Assembly (NCBI RefSeq): GCF_003918875.1
Contig: NW_025767155.1
Location: 1 to 64,000, forward strand
Origin: Haliotis rubra
Lineage: Eukaryota
Direction: 5' to 3'
Length of the DNA stretch: 64,000 bases
Position 1 is the stretch's first letter. Each line of letters begins with the position of its first letter. Shown here piece by piece: positions 51,780 through 61,909 of this stretch. Below the pieces are notes generated by a model. It did not search any database. It saw only the letters and a program-made list of their open reading frames with translations, and was not told the DNA's origin. A program made the position numbers and the translations under genes.

Positions 51780-54549
51780 GGTAGATCGTTGCTCATACAC
51801 ACGAACACACATACATACACACGAACACACACACAATCACACTTACGCCAGAAAATTCTTTTCAAAATCATAAGAAACCCCAAATGTCAAATCTGACTTT
51901 ATCCTAATCAAGGCTTGATGAATCACTACATAATAGATAAAAAAGGTTTCGCGAACATGTGTTTTTATCCTGTCTCACCCCTCACACACACATGTAAAGA
52001 CACGCCTTGTAGTCACCTGAGCAAACACCAGATTATCCTTCGCATTCTCACATTCAATGACACCTAGTTTGTAGTTTTCATTGCTCTGAAACTCACTCCA
52101 AGACAGATTGTTTGCGGGAGTAATGCTTTCTCTTTGTGATGGGAGATGTCACCAATTTAGTGGAAATGTGGTCATGATAATGCAACACCCATCATTAAGT
52201 CACTCTGATGCATTGATATTAGGTGCTAACCGCCTTCCTCAAGCCGTTACATGTCACTTAAGACATTTCATTTTCATCCGAGTCTCATTTCAACGAGGGC
52301 ATACGCTTATCGATTCTGAGATCAGGGGACCGGGCAAAACCAACAAAAACCTTTAACCCTGGTCAGCGCTATTGGTCCGGGTGTTACCACCGTCGCCATC
52401 TAAATGTATCAATGACCCTCTCCATACGGAGCTACAATTAACAATTGAAAATGTCCCCTCTGTTTTGTGTCCATCCATAATCTCAATCGTCCATAACAGA
52501 CCGTAACCGTCATGCAGGTTATTTAGACTGGACTGTGCAAATGAATATCATTTCATACCGACTTATCGTTATATATTTACAGTTGAATTAATTATCCGGG
52601 CTGTAATCATCCTGATTATTGCATTACCAAATGATGGTACCAGTAATGGATATTCGTGAACGAGTTAAACACAATCGTCCAGTAGGTAGGGTTTTCTGTG
52701 TAAGCACATTTTCGATTTATTCCATGGAACATAATGGTGTAACGTCTTCGATTCCTTTATCTGTTTGGAACAAATAGACCCGGGTTCGAATCCAATATTT
52801 GGTGAAGTTGTGATCCTTTATATTGTTCTGAGATGGTTTCTTCACGTATTTAGCGAACATGTTGTTCATGATTCCAAAATATTATTTACGATACATAAAG
52901 CAAATCGTCCTAAATGCTTAATTTGTCATTAACCGGTCCTACACATTAACCACATCAACGACTGACATACTTTGGCATTATCTACCCTTGAATACATATA
53001 TCCACCAACCACTATTTTGTTTGCTTTGTCTTTTTAATAATGTTTTCACTCACATGTCACGAACTTATACTTAGCTATTGTTCACTTATTATTACCCAAA
53101 GTTGACATCAAGAATGTACGTACCGAGTTGCTGATATCCCTCACTTTACACTAAGGGCAACAATTGTCCTCAGTCACAAACACCATCCACATATTGCTAT
53201 CACATCCATGACTGGTGGTACATCTAGAGTGTCTGTCTCAGTAAGGTTAACAGGTTGTGCTGTATGGATGTGAAGGTTTCTATTCAGCGTAAGTGTATTA
53301 GGTATTCATTTATCTCGAGTCGACTGCTTTCTACGTGACTTGGTTCTTGCTTCATGTCTGTACAGCCCTAGGGCATATTGAGCCCACGAGTACAAGTCAA
53401 CTGAATGATATCCTTGAGAATACCAGGAATGCTGTAATGCAGTTGCTTTCCTGCCTCAAACTAGAGCTGTGCTGTCATCAATTATACATTGGACTATGGC
53501 CAAAATGCATTTCTTCTCTGTTAAAGAGAATGGGTTTACCTATTAAATTGAAACTTCTCCCGGCTTTTCTCACTGCTATAGAATACACATAACAAAATTA
53601 CACGTTTAACTGAAGTTAAACCTAATGGACTCTTAAGCTATTTTCGTCGTATTTTCGTCAGCAAAATAAGCAGACTGGAATCTCAGTACGAAATTCAAGG
53701 GTTCGTTGAGTGACAAAATTATTTCATTAAGGTATTGTACCACGTTCTGACACCGATGTTCTAAGGTCATACTGATGAATCCACTTTACGCGTTTGTTGA
53801 AATTATTCTCACATATTGTATTCCATGTCATGCACTGGGCACTTGGTGTATGGACGGCTAGATTGAATTGTCCCTGCAACTATGTATTAGAAATCTGCAC
53901 TGTTGATTTATTCTTGCTTGATGCGGATTTTTTTACACGTGCACCAGCAATAACGTTTAACATAACGAGAAGCTTAGGATTATTATTATGTTACACATCA
54001 TGGATTCTAACTTGAATGTGAGTATTTGTTAGATCATATTCTCACTTTATCTTCAATATAGGGCATTATAATGCTATGCATTGTATAGGGTTTTGCATAG
54101 TGTACAACATGTTACCTGTGGCTTATGTTGTGTGGCACTCTATACTCTGAAAAAACTTGGTGAAGATCCAACTAACATTCTAAATACGGTGTAATTTGTA
54201 TAATTCGATTATAGTGACATGGTTTCTATTACTTCCAAGTATTTGATGCCCTAATCTATGATGGTATGTTCATTTTTTTTAAAAACATACTTATTCGGAA
54301 ATGGTCGAGTAGTTGTGTACAATGATGTCAACAGATGACTTGCCTGTACATGTGTTTGTGATGAGTGCAAACGGTTGGGCAAGGTGCGCTCATCTTCTAT
54401 CATCAGCATTTGACACTGAGTCATACACACATGCTTATGATAAACGGGAATAGTTCAATGACCTCCGCTTTGGGTGGAGATTAAACGGGAAAGATGACCT
54501 GATTGAACAATACCAGTCAAATAGTGAATACACCAGGCCTCCATTAGCG

Positions 54550-54640
54550 ACACACACGCGCGCACGCACACACACACACACACACACATACATAACCTCA
54601 CCAAATGCACAGGTACAACACATACATTTATACACACACA
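54550..54640. repeat. (CA)/(CG) microsatellite
   Basis: Direct reading. Confidence 0.85.
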
Positions 54641-54719
54641 GAGATACCAACTATTTTATCTTATTGTTGATAGCCCCAAAATATTATAGTATTACGTAAC
54701 ACAGTTACTCAGCTGATAT

Positions 54720-55680
54720 AGGCAACAACCGTCTGTCGGATTTTGTTCGTGAAGGATTGGGTTCTGAACAGTTACAGTCCATAGCGTACTAACGTCCACG
54801 TCAATGTGTTCTTTGTGGGTTTAGTTCAGTGTGTCTAGGTTGATACCTTTGTTGTTCAGCCATAGGGGAACGGGATGATAAGACAGTCATGTCACCCCAG
54901 AACACACTGCTTTTGTCTGTTAATACCACTTATTACTCTGTTGACAGGAATATATTTCTTGAAGGTTTATATGGGACTAAAAGTGCCAACAGGGCCCAAT
55001 AGTTCACCAGACATGAGTTTGCAGTAACGGAAGTCTGGCATTCCCATTTTGTCCGAAGTCGACCGATTACTCCGTGGCTCATTCGAAATCTTAGTAAAGA
55101 TTGGTCAGCTTCGTAGGTCTCTCATACAAACAGATCTATGTTCTCTCCTCACACTAAACAGCCAAGATTTTCATCCGACTGAGTAGCATTCTAATATCAT
55201 GTGACGGGCTCAACACTATCCATGAAATTTGATATAACATAGCAATTGCTGTCGTCTGCTCCCAGCCATCAATCAAAGAAGATGCAAAGAAGAGCGGGAA
55301 ACAAACTGCGAGAAGAGTGTTCGTGATGGCAGCAAGACTTCCCAGTCGCGTGACTCTTCCAAACCACATCTCACGAGTTACTCAATACACGAGATACTCA
55401 AAAACCTATTAGGGAAGTAATCTCCATTACTACGGCGATCAAAACGTGCCAATGTAAGGTAGACATAGAATGCTCAGACTTGACACTGATATGCCATTTA
55501 CAACATATTAGAAAAATCGTCTGGTGTGATTCAGCATTCAACAGAAATGTCAGAGAGCGGAGGACCTGACACGGTCGGCCAACTGTTCTATGTAGCCTGA
55601 AAATGATCCATGCCAAGGTGCTCCTTAAGCTGTCGTGAAAAAGTTGCCTCATTAGACATCATTACCTTCAGACTAAGTAG
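54720..55680 (+). pseudogene. Ankyrin-repeat pseudogene unit U5 (partial)
   Basis: Aligns to 26610-27370 and 60480-60860. Reads VISITTAIKTC and GRPTVLCSLKMIHAKVLLKL. Confidence 0.6.
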
Positions 55681-56762
55681 ACACAAAAGCCACAAACATT
55701 TGAATATGAGAGCTGATTTCTTATATTGAGAACTGAGTTTCTTTCAAAGCGTTAAAATGTCGTTCAACGTAAATCCAGAAATCAAATCTAAACACGTTTC
55801 TGAACGTAGACGTGCTTATGGCCTAAACATAAGTGGGATTGATTTTGAAAAATACAAATCGGTATGACCTATATTCGTTTGCAAACTATACGTGCCAATT
55901 ATTGTTCAAAATGCTAAATTGCTAAATAGATTTATGGTTCGTAGCCCTGAAATTCCAAATTACTCATTCATCACTCGTACGTTCTGAAACATATTTTTTA
56001 TACTGACCAATGCCATATTAACTCTGATATGAACATAGTTATGTATTTCCTATTCACCCAAGAAAGGTGATAGACATTCGCCACTTAATTCGTAAACACA
56101 AATCTTTAACAGTTTTATGAGCGGTATCAAAACAATATCAATTATATTGACAGTCCTGAGTGCAAAAAATGTGTTTCGTGCAAATGGAATTTGAAACAGA
56201 CCCAGTGATTGACATCATGCGCATCGATCTACACCGGACATAACTGGGGTATGATGTCACGTCAAGCAGGTCAGTGAGTCCGTCAATAAGATCACGTTAG
56301 CCGTTAGGTGAGTCTTACTACAGACATGGGCTGCTTAAAAGCAATTCAGACCATAATTGCAAAATGGTGGTCAATCTTGAACAATCAATAATAGTTCATT
56401 TAACCAAATACATTTTCAGATACCTATGCATGTGACCAGAAAATGTAATATACTTCATGGCGTATAATTGCTTTGTGCTAGCTTAGTTGATATGGCAACT
56501 TTTTTGTGACTGGTTTCTTTGCATTTCAATGCCAGAAAACCCTTTTCGATATTTCTGAGAAAATTCACATAAAAGAGTCCAGTGAATCATTCCAACCATA
56601 TACTGAAAATGTTTTTAAGAATCTCCATCAGAAATTGATGATACCAGAGAATCACGAAAAGGTGAGTGAACCGTTATCCACTTGTCCACCTCGAAAGTTG
56701 TGAAATGCAGACGCCAAAGGATGAGGCTTCAGGAATCTTGTTCTGTATAAGGAATTTACTTC

Positions 56763-56933
56763 CAGGGATCGTGAAAAAACCTTTAGTTAAGCGGTATTGT
56801 TTACTTATCCGAGTTTAGTTAACCGGACTCTAATAATGATAATTAATGAAGAAATTTGCCGGGACCAAAGAAAAGTGTTTACTTATCCGGTATGTTTAGT
56901 TAAGCGGTCTTTACTTAGGCGGTTTCCACTGTA
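56763..56933. mobile_element. Right half of a Tc1/mariner-type MITE with internal short repeats
   Basis: Repeated tttagttaagcgg / tttacttatccg motifs ending in ttccactgta. Confidence 0.5.
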
Positions 56934-57198
56934 TCTTAATATGAACCAGGTGATGGTCAGCTGGGAAATCTGTGGAAGGGGAGCGGCTATTGGGCCGTTA
57001 TTGAACAATATCTGATCATCGCAAGCTCAACTTCAACTTCTTGGTCACATTCCGAGTCAGTAAGGGCCGAACGTACATTGAGATTTATACCAGAACTATG
57101 AGCACATTTATGAGTGCCATGTGGATGCCTACGTGTACTTCCTGGCGAATTTTCTTACCCTCCTATTTTACATAAATGCATCACTTCCTCATTTATAA

Positions 57199-57349
57199 CA
57201 GGGGCGGTGAGGTAGCATGGTGCTTAAAAAGTTCGCTCGACGTGGGTTCGATTCCCAACATCGGTACAATGTGTGAAGCTATTTTCTTATGTTCCCCGTC
57301 TTGATCTTGGGGAATATTTCTAAAAGCGGCTTAAAACTAAACTCGCCCA
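57199..57349 (+). mobile_element. Short tRNA-derived SINE
   Basis: B-box gggttcgattccc; 11-bp TSD ctcatttataa. Confidence 0.8.
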
Positions 57350-59149
57350 CTCATTTATAATATTTTAACTAAGTTTAGCAACACCGTTGTCAACAATAAT
57401 CACTGTCATTTACAATTATTGCTATACATATTACTCATTTATTTCCTCTTCAGCTTAGTGTTGTGATGGGGATGGTTTTGATTCAGTTCCACAGTCAGTG
57501 CATGTTCCCCACTGGAACACTATGGCGTGTCTTCGCTCTGACATAATGTTGGACACCAGTCGTTCGGGAAAGGGTGAGCATATCCTGCCACAAGGGCAGT
57601 ACCAGTTACAAATTTATATGAAGGCAAGTAAGGTGACCACTTGACCACCTTCTTCAAGATATGTGACTATTCTTGTCGTCTGGTCCACCAGAGGCTGTGG
57701 GAAGATGTTCCGAGGAGAAAATATCGTACTGAATTGACGGACAGCGGTCTTTTCCCTGTCTGTCTGTCAGAATTGACTTAAGCTTCACTCGTGGCTTGTT
57801 TCAGGAAGTCAGAACAGTCTGTAACATCCCTCATCATATGTCCCATGGGAACCTAGAAATTTTCAGTTCTCTCTGGGTGCCAAGCTTCCACATGTGTTTG
57901 TAGTCATAACAACTGGAAACAGACATATGCGTGTGTGTCGGCCATTTTTAACACCTTGTAGCAGATGGACAGGTGGCGTTTTGATATGTTTTTGCTTTGA
58001 GAGACTTGGTTCTTTTCACTTTTCGCTTACGACGTGGCAGTAATGACTAACTCTGACTGAGGATAAGTGTTCGACATTTGCTGGACAGTTCTCTGTGTCT
58101 TCAAGCTAGAAAGGTTTCACACCACAAACTAAGGTTCTCGTGCCTAAATGTGCTTGTTGTCATGGCAACCGAGAACAGAAACCTGTGAAGGTGTTGCTCA
58201 TTTACAAACACAGACAGTAAGATACATTAGGGAAACGTCCCACGGGAACTGAGGAACAGTCGGTAAACCTTGGCTTGTGAATCAATGAGTTACGTAGAGT
58301 TCAAAACATATCTATTAAATTATACTTAGGTTATGGAAGAGCAGCGAGCTAAATTATTACACACTATTGTATAATGCTGCAAACCACTGATCGTATCGTA
58401 TCGTGTGTGTTAAGAAGTCTGAAAATATAAATACACTGAACCTGAAAGGTTACACCGCGTTTTCTTTCTACAGAAGAATTATGAACATCTCATGTATACT
58501 CGTACGTCACAACTGGCTGATATCTTCAAATCATACATGCATAGCTAGACAAGCATTTCCCACTTATAGTCCAACACGTTTGTGGTAAATGGATGAGGGA
58601 ATTTCATATATACCATGGACGTTTTTCGCATTCATTTGATTTAGACAAGATATTTGGCATGAATTCGCCCATGATATTTATGACATATTGAGAGCAGGGA
58701 TAAGGGGATCAAAGATAAGGTATTATATGTTTATATTTATTAATAAAGTATTTGTGATCGCTTTGTGCAATAGGTCCATGTTCTTATCCGCCAGTATTTG
58801 CTATTCCTGTAATGATTCCCAACGATCTTACGACAACTTGTAAAAATTGATTTGAAAGTCATATTTTAGATATTTTCTCTGCAAAACTGAAAATCTATAG
58901 TGTTCCGTTTGTTTTGTTGTTGTTTGTTGTTGGGTTTTTGGTGGGTTTTTTGTTTTTGTTTGTTTGTTTTGTTCAGATTCGTCTGAAATAATGTCTATCG
59001 ACATGGACGATACCTCACTATTGCCTGTTATCTTGTCTGTTTATAATGGAGACAACGTAACCAGCTACCCTTTCAGGGTTTTATAAATGTTGTTGTAAAA
59101 GGCACATTTACAGATCGGGTATAGAGGTCGCGCGCTAATCGGAAGTACG

Positions 59150-59262
59150 GTAATGCGATGTTTTCATAGCAATTCGGCACTTCTTGCACAGCTTTGGTTT
59201 TTGCTTTACCGGGAAAAGCGAATATTGAAATTTCTCTTTCCCGGGCCGACACCCATTTACCT
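59150..59262 (-). mobile_element. Possible THAP-domain relic of a DNA transposon
   Basis: VNGCRPGKEKFQYSLFPVKQKPKLCKKCRIAM resembles THAP V.GC...FP....L..KW..A. Short and incomplete. Confidence 0.3.
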
Positions 59263-59289
59263 GTAGTGGATCCTGTGTCATCACGGAAT

Positions 59290-59418
59290 ATCCGTAATCC
59301 CCCAGTTGCGTAGATCGATGTTCATGCTGTTGATCACCGGATTGTCTGGTCCAGACACGATTATTTACAGACCGCCGCCATATAGCTGGAAACGTGTGGT
59401 GTAAAACTAAACTCACTC
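59290..59418 (+). mobile_element. V-SINE 3' half
   Basis: gcgtagatcgatg...gaccgccgccatatagctggaa...taaaactaaactcact. Confidence 0.8.
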
Positions 59419-59779
59419 CGTGATCCGATCATGTAATTGTGCCCTCGTTTTGCCTTGCACGCCCAACGGAATCTGTATCGGGCATATACTGGAGAAATTC
59501 GAGAGATTCTATGGCTTCTACGTTTTGTATTTGATATGTTTGATACGTTCAACTCTGTTTTATGTATTTACACGAATGGTATTATGTCTCACAGTCACAA
59601 TTTCTGCTTGGCTTGACAAAATCAAAACAAGGTAATTTGGACAACTTCAGTTTCAGGTATATCTGGTGATCTGGCATCATGTTAACTTTTGCAAATATCC
59701 AAATTCTTTCCGCTTAATTACCAATTTCAAGTAAAACTGTAGGGACAAATGAGATTTGCACCATCTGTTGGATAGAGTG

Positions 59780-60150
59780 GAAAAACTATTCACAATACTG
59801 ACGGATGGCTTGTTCCAATGGCATGTAGAAGTGTTACACAAGCAGGAGAAACGTATTGCTGTCGATGTCTTTATTATAAGGAGAAGAAGATGTAATAATA
59901 TACTTCTAATGTCGTGTTCCTAATAATAAACAGGTGGCCATCCATAAATTTGCCATAATTGTTCCACTTTAAGTGGAATGACTTTCAAATAGTCAGCTTT
60001 CCCATTGTCGCTCAGCTCCAGTCCTTTGTGTCCACTTTTCAAGACTTAAAGTTTCGAAGTATAATTGATCATGCATTTTCTCGAAGATTACATAGGCGTC
60101 ATACGACGTTATTTGATCAAGGTTACAACTTGAAGGCTTTAGAGTAATTG
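59780..60150 (+). mobile_element. Decayed Penelope-like element fragment (RT thumb/linker)
   Basis: KWNDFQIVSFP ... RRHTTLFDQGY resembles the PLE motifs K.DDF.F.IV.FP ... R......LL.QGY. Confidence 0.45.
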
Positions 60151-61089
60151 ACAGAAATGATGTCTGATGCGGTTCCCTATACTGACATGCTCTATTATGT
60201 TCTCGTAAGTTTGCAGATTAATTCCATTTGTGAGGTGTGTCCCCGGTTGATTTGGAAAACTCTTTTTTCTGCGTCTGACCACTTCCACCAGCTCATTGTG
60301 ATCGCACCTTGACCTGTTCAAGAGAAATTATTTGTATAGTTATTCATAAACATATGCTTGTGATGTTGTGAGAATCGTACGATTGGGAGCCCTTGTGCTT
60401 GTGGAAAGGGTCGCCTTCAGTCTCCGTCTGAAGAACCAGCAATTTCCTTAATTCTCTCAACAAGAGGACAACTGAAGCTACAGCCAAATACCCGCCTGAT
60501 GGCTTTGTCATCGTGACGGACATTATCCATGGAATTTGACATTGTGTAGCAATGATCTTGGTGTCGTCTGCTGCAGTCGTCTATCAATGGTGCTTAGATG
60601 AAAACGAACTGAATGGCAGGAATCCTCCCCAGGGTACATCTCCTCCAAACCTCTTATCCGGAGTTACACTTCAGCTAGAAAGTTTGCCCCAGACAAAGTT
60701 GAGAACTGAGTAGGGTAGTAATCTCTATCACTACAGCCATCAGAACCTGCCACCATAAAGTAGTCTTACAATGATACACGGCATGTCTGACTCAACAGTA
60801 ACAACCTATCAGCAGATTCAGACTGTGTGCATCTCTTACAGCAGAATTGACAACCGGAGACTAAAGATCTGGCATTTGTTGGAATCTGCACAACCCGGCT
60901 TACATATCATCCCACCTACATTAAAAAGATGATGCTGGCATTTGTTGTCCAATCTGCGTTTTATTGCATTTCCAACCCGGAACGAATAGAAGTTACGTTA
61001 TATGTATTTTGTTTCATTTGATTTAAGAATGTATTACAATTTTGTTTTGAACTGAATCCAGTTTTATTGTATCGCAGCGCTAAAGACTC

Positions 61090-61273
61090 ATGTGAGAGGA
61101 ATAAAATGGTGTGGTTCTCGTACGTTTACCACTTTGGTGAAACCCAGGAGCACGAGTATAATGTTGACACATTCTGGCAGGACTGGGATTCGTATCCACG
61201 ATCACGATTCTGGCCTGGTATAGGTGCGCAACTCTACAGCGAATTGTGGCGCCTTAGATCACAGGACCACGCC
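61090..61273 (-). mobile_element. Decayed tRNA(Leu-like)-derived SINE or tRNA pseudogene
   Basis: Minus strand has A-box-like tggtcctgtgatctaaggcgc and B-box-like ggatacgaatccc. No intact cloverleaf. Confidence 0.35.
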
Positions 61274-61654
61274 TGAGCACATCAAGAATACGAGTGAAAA
61301 TAATATTTTCTTGATGTTACGTCATGTATCGACTAGTAATATTTTTCCAATAATCTGACAACTTGCTTACTTACTTGACCATACTGGGTCCCGATCCACA
61401 AAGCGTTCGTTACGTTACGACCTGTCGTAACTATGTGACTTCCGAATGCGTGTTATTGGTACGCTGTTGGATTAGGTTGTACTGACATACATACCTGCGG
61501 TAACCTTTTAGGGACGTTAAACCCAATGTGGGGTAGTCCACCGTTGTCGTCACGAACTTCGGCTGGGTATGTGCCAAATGGAATATTGCTAGGGCGTAAA
61601 GCCAAACTAGATCAGTTCCCTGGCAGCATATGGAATTTGACTGTTCCGTTAAAG

Positions 61655-61909
61655 ACCCGTGTTAAGATCCGGGTATAGGCATGTATAGGTCTTCAGGTAA
61701 CCCATGCAACCCATGCTCGTAAGAGGCGACTAACGGGATCGGGTGGTCAGGCTCGCTGACTCGGTTGACACATGTCATCGTATGCCATTTGCATGGAACG
61801 ATGCTCAAGATCACTGGATTGACTGGTCCAGACTCGATTATTTACAGACCGCCGTTATATAGCTGTAATATTGCTGAGTACGGCGTTAAACAACAAACCA
61901 ACCAACCAC
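61655..61909 (+). mobile_element. V-domain SINE
   Basis: gacccg start, cgtaagaggcgactaacgggatcggg core, (CAAA/CAAC) tail. Older minus-strand copies at ~62100-62308 and ~56200-56350. Confidence 0.85.

Larger units (their letters stand above)
45500..54360 (+). pseudogene. Ankyrin-repeat pseudogene unit U3' (most complete copy)
   Basis: TPITTAIQTCYHK at 46255, AVEFLLQK near 46349, ETPLFV at 48583-48600, LLHVCTALGHIE at ~53347-53382, HVMHWAL in ORF 53794. Confidence 0.7.
32814..54367. repeat. Segmental duplication, copy 2
   Basis: Colinear with 1-25106. Lacks the 1558-5577 and 18993-20278 insertions. Carries extra 37058-37746, ~42607-43019 and ~47237-48049. Confidence 0.95.
57480..60900 (+). 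pseudogene. Ankyrin-repeat pseudogene unit U6, split by insertions
   Basis: 58055-58295 aligns to 17215-17450. 60480-60860 aligns to 47185-47580 and 55155-55560. Reads ISITTAIRTCHHKVVL. Confidence 0.6.

Noticed and set aside
51062-51883. Long ORFs (273, 214, 205 aa; also 22200-22615) with 11-aa repeats on both strands
   Set aside because: By-product of a 33-bp minisatellite derived from a SINE that is stop-free in several frames at once; no gene context.
16300-58290. Conserved in-frame TGA codons as evidence of recoding (TGA=Trp or Sec)
   Set aside because: TAA and TAG stops and many frameshifts also occur, and one TGA sits at a consensus Leu. Shared pseudogene ancestry is simpler.
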